A stretch of DNA of 64,000 nucleotides from positions 25,978,450 to 26,042,449 of the forward strand of contig CM119264.1 of assembly GCA_051294375.1 (NCBI GenBank), given 5' to 3'. The stretch is from Paraspadella gotoi (taxonomy: Eukaryota; Animalia; Chaetognatha). Below, in pieces: positions 26,596 to 59,025 of this stretch; the first letter of the stretch is position 1; each line of letters opens with the position of its first letter. The translations under genes and the position numbers were made by a program. The notes under the pieces are model-generated. The model searched no databases and was not told where the DNA came from. It saw only the letters and a list, made by a program, of their open reading frames with translations.

Positions 26596-29500
26596 GCCAC
26601 ACTCCTGAGGCGCGGGCCTTTGGCCTCGGCGGCGTCGGAGAAGTTGGCCGTCCTCAAGGAGTCGATAGGAGGCGTTGGTGAGCAGATCGCGGACGACTTC
26701 ATCGACATCACCACGCCCTTGAAGCATCTCGCCGACGCCGCCCACGCTCCGCCCACCGAGCCCAACCGGGCGAGGATTTTTCAGGTACGGGATTGGATTA
26801 AAGGAGTTTTACAGTGGTTGCGATGTAAGCGTGGGGGATGAATTTTAGGTTTAAATGACGGTGGATTACAAAATATTTTCAAATTGTTTAATTTAAAATA
26901 ATAGAAAATTATATTAACGATGATATAAATTATAAAACTTGACATATTCTTCATATTCCCGTTGCTTTTTAAAATTTATTTTAATGATGATTTTTAATTT
27001 TTTCGAGGTTGGAGGCGGGACTTGAGCTGAAAAGAGATCAAAGCCGAGATCTTTCATTGCGTGAGAACCGTTTATTATATAAAACAATAAAACAGCTCTT
27101 AAACGCAATTTAAATTATTTTTAATAAAAAAAAAAAATCAAAAAGAAAATAATCTGTAGAAATGGAGCCAAAAAATTGAGGTGAAATGGAAAAGGTGTTC
27201 GTTATAAATTTCGGCGAAGGTGTAAGATGAGATAAAAAAAAAAGTCATTCTCTCCAAACTTTTTCCCTCCACGAATTTTTATTTTCCTCCAGCGAAAGAG
27301 CATCTTTTTTTAAAAAAAAAATTAATCTTATAAATAGCACCCCCAACGTGGCGATGGCCGAGATGTAAACAATCGCACCTTCTCGACTTAAGCGTTGCCC
27401 CATAAAAACCACCACGGGAATTTAAGACCCAGTGATAAAAATGATATCATAAGCTAAGGGTCTATCAGTCAAAGGAATTGAATGTGATAGTCATTAATTT
27501 TCTTGCACGGGACAACGTGCAAAAAAATTCCTATCTCTTATTGTAGCGTGAAACAAAAATTTAATAATTATGAAAAAAAAAATTAGTTGACCCACCCTTA
27601 ATATTATATATAATCCATTATTTATATTGGCATTAAGAAAGTATTTTTACTAAATTCCAATTTTTATTTTTTACTGTACAAAGCTTATAATTTAGTTTAA
27701 GCCTCATTGAACAAAAGGCTTTACAAGATAATATTTTTATATTTTTATATTTACTTAAAAGCAGAGCAAATCAAATACCTAAATTCTATTCTTACAGAAA
27801 CAAAAACTGTAATAATTATTAATTAATATTCATTATCATCCCTTAATGTATAATTAACTATATGATTCCTAATTATAATAATAAAAATTTAGCAGAAGTA
27901 CAGATCTTTCTCTTCTTTTTATATTATATATACTTCAAAGAGTTTTATTTTCATCCAATTAACAGATCATTTGAAAAGAAAGTTTAAATAAAATCAGTCG
28001 ATACCTTAAATTTTGATTCATTCCTAGTTTTTTCTTATAAATTTTTTTTATAAAAGCTGAAAATCTTTTTAAAATTAGATCTTTACCCTTTTTTAGAAAA
28101 AAAAATTTTAAACTTGAAAAAGATTTTCTTTTTACCGATTTTTTAAAGAAAATTAAGCTCGCTGATTTTATCGAATTTTTTAACTACTTTCCAAATGATT
28201 TAGTAGAAGAAAAAATTATATGATCAGAACCAGCTTAAGTTAAAGGGTCAAACGTTATGTTTTCAGCTTTTACCCCCCCCTGGTCACTTGGTCCCTTAAA
28301 TCCGAGCGCCTATCAGCGAGAAAATTTTTTTTCCTCTTTTCCCCGGCGCCCGATGAATTTTTTTTCCCTTTCCCTTTCGACACCTGCTCGTCGTATAGCG
28401 GGCAGGTGCATGTTTTTGAGTTTAAACGATGGCGTTGTGGGGAAAGAATTCGAAATCTGCATCGTTGTTGAAACAAAATCTGGAGGCCTTGCGGTTTCGG
28501 GGTCGATTTCATGGTGGAATTTAAAAATCAAAGTCAAAAACAGATTTTTTAACAAATTGATGTCGCTGAAAAGTTAATCTTGAAGCTTTTAAAATATTGA
28601 AACATTTAGTTTATATACAAATCTACTTTTTTCCGTTTCTTCGTACGCTTCATAAATAGTTCAAGGTAAACTAAAAGTGACGACGGAAAACCCACGAGGC
28701 CAATGAGCCGCAAGGGCGCGAGAGCTAAGAGCGTGGGTTGAGGTAAAATCAAGAGATAAGATCGGATGTTGAGAGTCGAAGGCTCTTTACGTCTTCGTAC
28801 CTTCGTTACATCTGTAGGAAATAACATCCCGTAAATACAGAATTATTTAATACAACTTGATCTTTCTCTAGAAAAAGCGGGGCGTTCCAAACTCACGCCA
28901 ATCGGCTGGCTGCTATCGCTAAGCGAGCGGCAGCGACGGGCGGATGTCAGACAAGTGGACGACCGACTCCATCAACAGCCAGGCAAACCTCATCCAGGAG
29001 ATCACGCCTCAGGTGAGAAAGGGGCGATGGAAAGTTGTCTGTTCTTTGAATTGTTAATTTTTGTGTCTTTCTTTTTTAACGATTACTTTCCTTTCCTTTC
29101 CTTTCCTTTCCTTTCCTTTCCTTTCCTTTCCTTTCCTTCCTTTCCTTTCCATTCCATTCCATTCCATTCCATTCCATTCCATATTTTCCATACTTTCCTT
29201 TCCTGATTTAAATTTCATTCTTTTCATACATTAGTGGTCTACGCCGCCCGAGTCGTGCTGGGAGAACCCGGGCAACGCTTCGGCGGAGGAGCACTTTTGT
29301 GCTGTTGAAGCAGCAGTGGAGCGAAGGGATGAGAAGCTGCGAAGTACAGTGGACGCGAGCATCACACGGTTCGTTCATCAAGCCTCGGAGGAAGGCATCC
29401 TCAAGGACCACGGGGTTAGTTTGGGAGGGAAAGGAATGGTTGGATTTGATTTTCAACTGGAATAATTTCGTCAACGATTTTATTATATTTATCAGTAAAT

Positions 29501-30408
29501 GTATATTATGTACATATCTTTAAAATTTGAGATTATCGCTCTGACTAAACAAGAAATTTTGCCGTTTCTTATTTTTCAATTTTGTTATCACTTTTTCTAT
29601 GTCTTTCAACTTTCTTCTACCTCTCTTCTTATCCGTTATCCCTTCTCCCGCAACGATTTTTCTCTTTCATTTATTTCTTCCCCCCCCGTCTTCCTTTCTT
29701 TCTACTCCTTTTTTCTCCCTCTCTTCCTCCCCCGATATTCCAGCCAAAGACGGAGACGCGATCGGCAAGGGCGACTCCCTCGGCGTCGTCAACAGCACCT
29801 CGTCCATCGCCCCGAAAGGCCAATCGGGTCCTCCAAGTGGCCAACAAGAGGCGAGAACTCGGAAGACCAGGCCTTCGTGGATCGGGTCCAGAGGGCCTAC
29901 TCCAGCTCAGAGCCAGGTGAGGAAGGGGAAAGGGAAATGGTGAAAATTGTAACAGCAAGATTTATGAAAAAAGCATTCCGATTGAATGAATCAAGAAGGC
30001 AATCTGCCCGTTGAGCCTATCGAACGTTCGATCAATTTGTAATTGTTAAAAAATGTTAAGGATGTGAAACTTTTACTGGTATATTTTTTCACATTAAAAA
30101 AATCATTAAATTTTTAAATGATAAGATGATTTGGAATTAATCACACTAGTCTCAACCAAAACCCCACCTTTCTCTTTCTCATTATTCTTGCATTGACTCC
30201 CTCTCTATCTTCTTCTCCCTTGACAGCCATCAGCCCCGAAATCCAAATGCCAAAGTCCCGCCGTCCACATCAGGATCCCGCGCCGCCGAGAAGTGGCGTC
30301 AGGCAACTCCGCCCTCTCTCCCGCCGTGGGAGAGATGAGACAGGCTCGTTTCTCGCCGCCTGCACCGCCCTCCCTCCGCCGCCTGATCTGAGTCACTGAG
30401 CCTAGAAG
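26596..30408 (+). CDS. VCL: Vinculin D3-D4 exons, duplicate copy 1 (~26596-26784, 28871-29012, 29235-29414, 29744-29917, 30226-30408), indel-damaged
   Basis: Same exons as 32732-35682 (QIADDFIDITTPLKHL, KANRVLQVA, ENSEDQAF). Confidence 0.8.
27426..28295. mobile_element. 870-bp AT-rich MITE with TTAA target duplication (Kolobok-like termini)
   Basis: TTAA at 27422-27425 and 28296-28299; imperfect TIRs GACCCAGTGA / TCACTTGGTCCC; empty site GGAATTTAAATCCGAGCG at ~33531-33548 in the other copy; no ORF. Confidence 0.75.
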
Positions 30409-30847
30409 GTTGTGAGGGAGCGAGCGAGAGAGAGAAGAGAGGAGAGAGAGAAGAGAGAGAAGACGGAGGAGAGAGAGAGAGAGGGAGAAGAGAGAGAGAG
30501 AGAGAGAGAGAGAATGTTAGAAACAGAGAGAGAAAGACGAGATTGTAATATTTCCGTCGCCGCCCAGGTTTTTATCGGCGTCGTCATCGCTTATCTCTCA
30601 ACGAAAGACGAATCAGTTAATCATTTTTCTAATCTCAGCAAATAAAGATTTAATCACCAGAATGAAAATAAAAATCGATTGTGAATATCGACGTCGATTT
30701 TGTGTCTCACGTGAAATATGCAGCGCGACACGGCGAAAGAGTTTTAAAATTAAGGGTCAATCGAGGCGATAGAGCGAAAGCGGCGAGAAGAGAGGAGAGA
30801 GAGATAGACGGAGAGACGTAGTGGACCGAGAGAGAGCAGACGAGGAG

Positions 30848-30916
<69 letters not shown>

Positions 30917-32731
30917 CGCTAATAAATATCGATGCTCTCTTTTTATATTGTTCAATAATATTATGTATTCTCGTAATGGACTTTTTTTTTTCTCTTGAAG
31001 CTTCTCATCAGATGGCGTTGTTGTTGTTGTTAAAAATGGCGTCGCCGATTCACGCTCCACCGAAGAAAGAGGAACCCAATGTTGTTGTCGTCGCCGTCGT
31101 TTTTAATTCTTATAAAATGTTTCTGTTCGATAAAATTCTCACGAAGGAATGAGCTTTAAAACAAAAGGAAACAGAAATGCGATTTACATCGATGTTCCTT
31201 TTATTTTATTTGAATCGAACATCCCACCGCGGATCATCTGTCGGGGAAAAAATGGCTACCCTGATCTTCCCACCCATCCTCTCCTTTGTCTTTCCTCGGT
31301 CCCCCTTCCTCCACCAACCAATCACCTTCCATCCCCCCCTTCAGTAGACTCCCTCCCCATCCACCAACCCCTTAGCGTCCAAATTGACCACTGCCCACCT
31401 CACGGGCCAACGCGTCCGCGCAACGCGACCGCGCCCAACCCCGCAACGTCAAGGAGACAGGAAAGAAGAAGGCCGTTTCCCGCACAGACGTGTACTTGCC
31501 CGACTTTGGTTCAGCCCCGTCCCCACCCCTCAGTACCCGGGCATCCTTCAGCCCCCTCGCCCCTGTCAATTCCGTATCGACATGGCAGGATCTCCTTGGC
31601 ACCTCCCCCTCGGGCCCTCTGGACCTGGTCACCAAGGGTTGTCCCCCCGAGACCCCCTCGCCTACTCCCCTCGATCCCCGCGTGCCTCGTCGCGGGAATC
31701 TTCCCAGGCCAGTCGTTCGAGAACCACGTCGAATGATGGATGATGATGCTTACGACGACCAACTTGACGATCTTTTCGAGTTGCCTGTTTTTTTCTTGTT
31801 TGCGGCGCGGAGTAATATTTTTTGCCGTGCTTGACCTTCTCTCTTTCTTTTGTTATGTTTTTCTTTTAGTATTTCCTTACCTATGGATGATAGCTACGCG
31901 TTTATTTTTTTTTACTTGTGTCTTTAATTACTTCTTTTATTTTCTACCCTTTTTCTTCTTTTCTTTCTTAATTTTTCTTTTTCTTTTTTCCTTTTTCTTC
32001 TTTCCCTCGATCTCGCTCCGGTTGCGATAGTTGATATTGTTGGCCACGATTTCGTAGCAGCTTTTTTAACGATTGTCGTGCTTCGTTGGCTCGCGCGTGT
32101 TTGTTTATAATTTTATGTTCGTTGCGTTTAATTTCGATATTTTTTTCGGCTGATTTTAGTTTTCAACTAAAATAATAAATATCCTTTTTTTTTGTCACAT
32201 TTTTTTTATAACATAAAAATAGGCACTTTACGTTTAGTTTGCAAACGCCATTCTCCTGTTTTTTAAGTATAATTCTCTCTCCCTAACTCATTTCTTACAA
32301 TTACCGTCTTTAACTCCTAAAATTTAATATTTTTTTAAAAAAAACATTCATTAACCCTCGACAATAATTAATCGTGTTCAAATCCTTTAAACGTTACCTT
32401 CGTCTTTACCTCTTCGTCTTTCTGTCTTGTCTTTAACGGTTTCTCTCCGTGCCAGTTGTGTTCCCGCTTTTAACCAGAAAGACGCGAAGAACCCCAAAAC
32501 ACCGCCCTCAACCCCAACCCCGCCTTCAAACCCCTTTTCTCCCCCGCATCTTCATCCTTCGACTTCGCCTCTCAGTGGACGAACTCATGCATGAGGTGGA
32601 CGAGATGCTCTCGGCGGCGCGGGCGGACGCCGCCCTCGGCCCCCGTCAGTTGTGCCCCGTGTGGAATATGTGAATGGGCTGCAGGTGACCCCCCTTTTAT
32701 CCTTCAAACGCCCTTCGACGATCATTTTCAG

Positions 32732-47704
<14,973 letters not shown>

Positions 47705-49229
47705 CGAAAACTTGCTAACCCGACAAAAGACCTGCGGTGCCTCGAAATCTAACGGCGAATAATCCTCATCAAGGACCAATGGAAAATAAACTACTGAAAA
47801 CTGCAGAGGCTACCATAAATATTTTGCATTTCAATTTGTTTTCGACCTGTTGATATTGTGTGCATACAATAGAAGATTCAATGTAAAAACGTAATCCTTC
47901 GGCAGCGTTATGTTAAATTGTACGTAGGCGACACTTGACCTTGTAATTTTTAATGTAACAGGCTGAAAGCCTTTATAGTATCTTTATGTTGTAGTTGGTG
48001 TAATACAAGATTTAATTATCTCTGCTTGTTTTTTTAACTGCCTTAAAGGTTCCAATTAAACTGTTGAAAGTTGTTGCAATATCATAAAATAAGTGCATTT
48101 ATAATTAATCACTGTTATTCAATACGCCTAGTCTTTGTTACGGCTATATTTTTGACGAATATTCACTTTTCCCTTCGAAGTGATCAACCAAAAGTTGTCC
48201 ACAGTGTATTTTATTCTGGGCCATCAAGCCGCAATAACATGATGTGAATAAAACGTCGATGAATGCGAACTCGAATTTGTGAAAGTTCACAGAATTTAAA
48301 AAAAAAATTAATATAAAGATTTGAGTAGAGCGCCATTCTTCTGATATTTCGTTAAATTTACGTACAGTTGAGCTTAATTTCGGTTATCGAATGTTTCCCC
48401 CACCCCAGATTTTTTTTTTTACTCAACCCCTTCATTTTTCTACCGCTAAAAGGCGGCCATCCTGGTCAACTTCTCGGTTAGTTTTGTGTCCCATCGGTAG
48501 GTTGAAAAAGCTAGCTCGCCAAATGGGATTATTTTTAAACTGCTTCCACGAGTCGATAACATTTGCTTTAGTCTACGCCTTGATGGTCGCGCGTCGGCCG
48601 ACGATATGCATTTTTTCAGGGTAGCCAGTTTCGAGCACATTCGAGTGATAACTCCCATGTAGCTCCTATTATTCTATATGTCTCACTACGCCCTCCATCT
48701 CCCGATTGAAACACGTCATTTATCTTCCACTTCATTTTTATTCAATGTTAACAGATAAAAAAATCTTTTTCAAAACAATTCGTTCGCAGAGCTACCATCG
48801 AAGTAAAAACGCAAAGTAATTTCAAACCTCTTGAGAGTTAGGGCCGAAACTAAATAGCATCCAAACGTAAAATTTGTTTTTTTTTTTTCAACGGAATGTA
48901 AATAAAAATCCGGCCTGACTGCTTCTATTAAACGGAAACCGGGCACGGGTCGTAAAAAAATTAAAAGCTACTACATTATGAAAAATTATCACATTATAAA
49001 ATAAAGAAAATTGAACCACGAAAACGCTACAGGACTTGGCCAAAGAAACGAGACCCGTCAAATTGCTAAAAAAAAAGAAAAAAAAAAGAAGAATTTAAAC
49101 GATCTAAAAAGCAGCGGATGATAGCGTTGCTTCAATTTGTTCCCCTTTTTCTTCAAAAAAAAATCTCCTGTAATGTTCGCAATTTATAAATTAATAAAAC
49201 CATATATTTGACAATGTTTAATGTTGGAC

Positions 49230-51820
<2,591 letters not shown>

Positions 51821-52747
51821 TTTGATTGATTTGTAAGTTTTTTTTAGTTTAAGGAAAAAACTTATGCGATTAGTAGACTGAAAAATAGGACACAGAATTT
51901 TAAAACTTTAGAAATAGCAAAAGAAAAAGCTATTAATACATCAATAAATAAAGGCGTGTATAACTGAATATCGAGCTAAATCACACAAAAACTGTCAGGA
52001 TCAGATTCGACAAAAAAAAACCGGAAAAACTAGTTTGATTCCCGCATTAAAGGATCACTGTTAATATTTTTTTTTTTTGGAACGAAGATAAATGGACAAC
52101 AATTTTATGTGTTCGCGAGAATGAAAGGAATAACGATTGTGAATAATGAATAAAATCAAATTCGAATAAAGCATCAAGATAGATTCTTATTTAAAGTTTA
52201 GATTATATGAATAGACAGAATATATTTATATTTTTAATTTTATTTATTTTTTTTAAATTTAATTTATTTCCTTCTTTTAATAAAACTTTTAATTATTTTT
52301 CAACTGCAGGATGAAAACTAAAATGTGATCAAAGCGTCACAACCGCAACCGGGTGATCGTTCGACTATTTCCGCCAGTAACTTCCGCAGTGAAGTTGATG
52401 TAGAAAAAAAATCCTTTAAAATTTGTTTCGTTTTTCCCTTATCCGGTTTGGATTCCGAACTCAATTGAAACTCGAGCCGTCGTCAAAACAAAACCGAAGA
52501 GGAAGAGGGACGGGAATTACTATGACGACGAAGTCCACAACAAAAAGTATATAGGAAAGATTTAAACGTTAATAATTAAAGAAGTACCGGAAAATGAAAA
52601 ACAAAGTGGTTCAAAATTATGTAGATGAAAAATAATTGTTAGAAAGGAATAGAAAATGTTGAAAGAGAAACCGCGTAAAAAAAAAAAAAAAGAATGACTC
52701 ATGAAATTTTTTTGAGCGCGGAGGATGACGTGCTTTGCGCAAAACCG

Positions 52748-53299
52748 ATGGCAACCGAGTGGCAATGCTAGAATCCGCCGGTGCGTCCTACTTTTACACC
52801 GCCGGGAATCTTCGGAGAACCTTTTCTACCCTCCCTCCAGATAATGGATAAAAAGACAAAAAATCATGCATGTTGACATGTTGACGATCAAATTAAATGT
52901 TGACGATCAAATTAACAGGTTATCTCTCTTCCTCATAAAAATGTAGAAATTAACGTAAACGCGGTGGACGCGAATGCCGCTCGAAGAGATTGACGATGAC
53001 ATGATATGCCGATGACGTTTCATTGAACTCAGATATCGCCAGTCTTTAGATCTAACGCGATGGCAACTGTGGCAACAGAGTGGCAACAGACGAGTACGTT
53101 GATGAGATGGCATTCGCGCTGCTTCTCTCTTGCCAACGAAGCAGTCGCTGCTTCTCCTGCTGCATCGGTGGGCGATGAGTCACAGCAGCAGCGAGGAGAG
53201 CGCGGAAAAGCCGCTGGACCAATCGGGAAACGCTTCTCATTTGAGCGAGATTCGCGATCGGGTCTGCACGGCCAATCAGAGGGGAGGAAGGTTACGTCA
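52748..53299. promoter_or_regulatory. Motif cluster upstream of beta-tubulin: repeated TGGCAAC (X-box half sites), two CCAAT boxes, CRE-like TTACGTCA
   Basis: ATGGCAAC at 52748; TGGCAAC three times at 53061-53087; CCAAT at 53219 and 53272; TTACGTCA at 53292. Motif matches only. Confidence 0.3.
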
Positions 53300-56200
53300 G
53301 GCTTGTAACACTTTTTTCTTTATCTACTCAATCGTTTGCCAGGTTAGAGTGGAACACGATATTGTACATTAATATAGAAATTATATAGAAAACCAATTTG
53401 TTGTACCAATTTCATAGAAAACCAAAGATTAAATTTAAGTTTAATTAGGTTATAAAAACTGCATGGATTTGTTTAGCTTACAAATTACCATAATTTATAT
53501 TTATTTAACCTGCCGTAAATTTTTTCTAGCAAAAAATATTTTTGTTTAAAAAAAATTATTAAATACAATTACTTTTATTTAATTGTCGCGTTTGGTCCAA
53601 CAAAAAATATTTTTTTCAAATTGATTACAAATGCGACTTATTTCCTAGTAAAAATGGTTATCGATAGGTTTTCATTTATTTTCCATTTATTGTGGGACTG
53701 AGGCCCTTAGTGAGGGAGAAATTCAAATACCAACCGAATTTCGGTAATTAGGCCTAATTAAATAAAACGGAAACGAGTCGAATGTTTTTGCAGAGGTAAA
53801 ATTGAATGTGTAAAAAAGTGGGGGAGGGTGTCAAGTTAATTTATTTTCTTTTTAGAAAAAATAAAGATCATCAAGATAGAACTGAGAAGTGAAATAATGG
53901 TCAATTGATAATCAGGCAGTGACCTCTTAATATCAGAGGTTGTTCTGACCTTGACGCTCTTAGAATTTTGATGGTCCATCATCAAAGTTGACTCAGCCGA
54001 AATTGGTCGAGTCGGCGATTCGAGTGTCGAGACATGGAAGGCCGAAGGGCTGGAGGAGACCGCGAAAGAGACCGGCCATTAATTCTGCCAGCATGGCAAC
54101 GGAAATCACGAGGAACCGCCACGATTCTCTTCTTTTAGTTCCCACTCGATAAATTATTTATCCATTTATTTATTCAGCGCAGCCAGTTTTACAAACAAGA
54201 TGGGGCCAAGAATTGACTAGCAAAACGATATTTTAACAAGGGAGTGAGAAAAAGGTGCTTTGAAAGCTTCAAAGGTGTCCTTGCGACATGCTGCGCACGC
54301 GAAAAAGTATTCACCGAGCCAATTCGCTGACGAGGCTCCATCTGCTCTAAATGACTGCTTTTGTCTCCAATCTTGTCGCTGATCCTCATGTCAGCAATAA
54401 AGTGGGTCAGAATTTAATCGCACGTGGCATCTCTTTTCTAGGCTTGGTTTTACAATATCGTAGATTGTTAATTTTATTCATATCAAATAATCTAAAAGAA
54501 ATTACTACTATTTGTAATTTTGCGTTGGCCCGTACTTCCATTTACCCATTCAATATTTTTAAAGTTATTTATAATTTGAAATTATTATATATAAGACGGT
54601 TCATGAAATAGGTCCAACCAAAAGTTATACTTTCACTCTTTATATCGGATGGAGCTGCAGAAAATTTGTATACCAATGTTCATGTTTCCTAAGAGTATAA
54701 TTACAGAGGCTCTCAAGCGCGGAATTACTTTTCATTTTTTTGTCCAAATTTAACAATATTTAAAACTGATTGTGAAGTTATCTATTATAAAACGAAACAA
54801 TTTCTGTGATCAAAAGTCAGTTTGGTAATTTGTTATTATAAAATAAAATTCTCTTTAAAACCTAACTTATATACTATGATAATTATTATTTATCAACAAA
54901 GTCGTCTTTTGAATTCCCCCCCAAGCTCAACATTTTATTTTTAATAGATTTAAAAAAAAACGTAATGACATAGCAGTTCCTTACAAGCTTTCAATCAAGA
55001 TTTGGAACTGAAGGATTGATAATAAGATACACTTTCAAAGTAAAATTTTTAAAGTAAAAAAATGCTTCTTCAGAAATTTACCCTCTGAAGAAAATTTTTA
55101 TAACATAGCAACTATCCTAACTTGAATAATGGAAAAAAATCTTTTTTTATTAATATGAAAAAAATTTATAACCTGATTGCTCTTCGTTTCGATTATATAA
55201 CAAGTTTTTTCGTATCAGTCCAGATTGGTCGAGTTATCGAAATTCATTCATCGATTTTTAAATTAAAGATAAAACCGAGTAGAGACGAGGGCGAGGGCAT
55301 TGTGAACAGAGCACATTCTTCTTGCATCTGGCGCATAGCGGTCACATAATGCATGAGAACGATGCGTTTCTGACAGTCGCGAACAAAGAAACAAAAAAAA
55401 AACCCAAAAAAACCAAAGAAAGGCGAAGAATGAATATTACTATATTTGTTGCAGCTTGGTTCTATGCAAAGGTTATTTCAATAATTTTACCGAAGTATAA
55501 TTTTAAAAAAATTCTGTAGTTTATCATTTTTTACGTTTGAATTTTTAATTTGAAAAAAAGCGCAAAGAAGAGATTTCTGGTATGGCGGGCTTTCGATTTT
55601 TTGTGGCTAACGGTTAGGCGGTATTTCAGCAGCAGCTGCAACTTCTCCGGCATCGACGGATGCAGCGGCAGCGATAAAAGATTGGAAAACAAAAGAGCAA
55701 CCTCCGAGAGTCTTGTTCTAAATATGTTTCGAGTCAGCCGTTAGAGGGGTGACAATGTCGGCCGATAGAAAAAGTAAGACATTCGCTGTTTCATGTTCTT
55801 GTTGTATTAAATTTGTATTAAATTAAAGATTTATACAATATTGAATTAAATATACTTAGGATAACTTTCAACATTCTGCCGAGATGAAATCAATAAGCCT
55901 CAATTTTGCGAACGAAGACAGTAGTAAGGAGCCTAGTTATTCAAGTAACTAAGGTTACTTGAATGAACGTATACTACTAATAAAGTGATAATTATACTAA
56001 TGATGAATATAAATTTTACAGGCTTGTCTTTTGTTAAACTTCCAGGACATGACTTTTCTTGTCCTACCTGTAGACGCAGAAGCACCTCAGGTCTCTACGC
56101 TATCAACAAAGACAACGATTAAACAGGATTATCCAGTTCTTCTCTCCTTGCGTGTCTCACACTCTCCGAGCTATTCGTGTTTTCAAGGTACCTCAGCTTC

Positions 56201-56363
56201 TTTTGACCATTTTCTGAAGGGAAACCCGTTTTTTGCGGATTCAACAATTAACTGCAAAGCGTTGACTGTTAAACCCGTTCAACCGCACGACATATAACTG
56301 TTTTGGGGAGGAAAAAATTTAATAAGAAACTAGAAAACTCGAAACAAAAACAAAAAAAATAAA

Positions 56364-56987
56364 ATGGCGAACAAGAAAAAAACGGCGGAACTTCGATCGA
56401 CGCTGACGAGCATCAACGAGGAAATCCAAAACCTCGTCGCTTCCTTCAACGAAGAAGACGAATTCTTGAATGAATTCGTCGTCAAGGACGAAAGCATCAC
56501 CGTCGAATCCGTGGACAAGATCGAGAAGATCAAAGCCTCTCTTCTCGATTCTGACTTTTTGACGAACCTCTCCAAGGCGGAGGTCGACACCTTGAAGGGC
56601 GACGAGGAGGACGTCCTCAAGAAGATCGAAGCCTCCGCCGTCGAGCGGAAGAAGATCGCCGCGGCGCTGAAGGCCGCGTTGAAGACCAAGGCGGCATTGA
56701 CGGCGGATCTGTCGGCGCTGCGCCGGAAAAGAGCCGAAGAACGGGCCGCTTTTCAAGAAGTCATCCGGAAAAAGATGGAAGCCGTCTCCGCCGCCGACGA
56801 AGAGTCCATGAAGATCCGGAAGAAGACAGCCAAGGAAGTCCAGGTGGCGTTAAGAGGCGCCGGAGGGCCCACGCTTAAGATGTCGCCGGAGGAACTGAAG
56901 GAGGCCGATGCTATGGTAGCCAGATCTTACAACATGATGGGTTATCTGACGCGAGGGGGACTCGACAAAGTTAATTTTTCAAAATGA
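56364..56987 (+). CDS. Single-ORF helical/coiled-coil protein of unknown family, 207 aa
   Basis: GC3-rich ORF sharply bounded by AT-rich flanks, AAAATGG start context, K/E/A-rich amphipathic sequence. Confidence 0.75.
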   Translation: MANKKKTAELRSTLTSINEEIQNLVASFNEEDEFLNEFVVKDESITVESVDKIEKIKASLLDSDFLTNLSKAEVDTLKGDEEDVLKKIEASAVERKKIAAALKAALKTKAALTADLSALRRKRAEERAAFQEVIRKKMEAVSAADEESMKIRKKTAKEVQVALRGAGGPTLKMSPEELKEADAMVARSYNMMGYLTRGGLDKVNFSK

Positions 56988-57631
56988 TCGAAATCATTGT
57001 TTTCGTGTCCGTGTTTTTAATGGTGATTTTCTCTTTTAAGTTGGGTTAACTTACTTTTTTTATTAGATTAGTAGTTACAGTTGAGGCTGCGTTTGAAACT
57101 TAGGTTTTCGGTTTTTTTTTTAGTTTGTTTTATATTCGTATTATTATATATTCGATACAGAGTTACAACCTCCCCGTTCCGGTACATTTCTATAAAATAA
57201 ACTGCCAATGGAACAAACTACCTCGAAGATGTAAAAAGAAGTTGTGATTCTAAAAGCGAAAACGAGTATATCTATGGATGTTACTTATTACAAATTATTT
57301 CAGTTCATAATGTCCATCAACAGTTCATGCTTTGACATAAACAGTTAATAAAAATTACCCACCCATTTTTTTCACCAAGATGTTATGGTTTTCTTTGAAA
57401 TAAAACATACACCACAAGCGTCGAACTTTTAGTAATGTTCCTTTGATTATAAATTTAAGTTGCTTAGCCTTCTAATTTTTAGACAATATTATGATTAAAT
57501 GTAGTTGTAGTAAAGCTTTTGCGTAGCGACTTACGTTTTGAAGTTTTTGAAAATAACAAATATTTTTTACGTACCACTTTGGTTCTCACGGATTAAACCG
57601 TCTTTCTCTCTCTCTTATCTCTCTCATCTTC

Positions 57632-57709
<78 letters not shown>

Positions 57710-58479
57710 CTTCCTCTCTCTCTCTCTCCAACTAAAACTTTGCAATATGTCTCACGTAGGCTGATATTGTTTTGAAATCTTTTTATCTCGCTTCGTGAGA
57801 ATAAATCATTTTTATCCGTGAAGTGTACGTAGAAGGATTAGTTTCATGAATTCTTTCATCCCTAATTCAAATATAAACTATAAGAAAAATAGCAAAAACA
57901 ACAAGTTCCTGTTCTGGTTCGATGCTCAACTTTTTTCAAGGATGAAACTTGGCATCTGGTACACGTTAAAAAAAGATTGACGAGATCAACACAGAAATCG
58001 GTTAAAACTAAAAAAAAAATAATATGAAAACAAAACATTTTACGTATATATAAACGCTCCTTCGGCACGTGTCAAGTTTAAAATATATATTTAAATATTC
58101 CGCTGCAAGAATGTTTTCAAAGTATCACTTTTTTTAGTTCTTTGCTTTGAACAACAAATTATCTGGGAGTTTTAAAACAAGATGAAGTTCACAAGACGAT
58201 GAAGCCTGAGTGAACTCGAGAAGGAAGAGGATCTGTGACTGGAAGTTTTTTGGCCAAAGGGGGGGGTGAAGGAGGAGGAGGAGGAGGAGGAGGAGGAAAA
58301 GGTGAAGAGGAAGAAGACGAAAAGTACCAGAAAGGAAGAAGCAGAGAAAAAAAAGAAGAAGAAGAGGAGGAGAAAGAGAATTGTTTAATTCGGTATTAAC
58401 TTCGGTTTCGGTTTAAAGTCTCTCCTCGAAATTCTTTTCTATTTTCTTCTCTCAACCGTAAATTTTCGTTCCAGTCTTT

Positions 58480-58583
<104 letters not shown>

Positions 58584-58896
58584 TGTTGTCGATCTATCAC
58601 TTATTTAAATCGATTTTGTTTTGTTGCGTCGGGACTGAAAATTCTCTAACTTCGTGATCGGAATTCTGGCTTCGTCTACTCAAATCTCAATGGTCTATTA
58701 TTCTCGATAATGATTGTTCAATGAACAAACAATGAGTTTCAACAAAGTAGACCAATCGAGATAAAAAAATAATTCGGCTGTTTCTGAATGCATCCCGGCT
58801 TAATGAGTCATCGTTATTTCTATTTCTCTGGCTTTAGTTTACATCGCTTTTAAATCTATCTGCTTATCAGTCTCTTGCTCTTTTCCTTTTTTTAAT

Positions 58897-59025
<129 letters not shown>

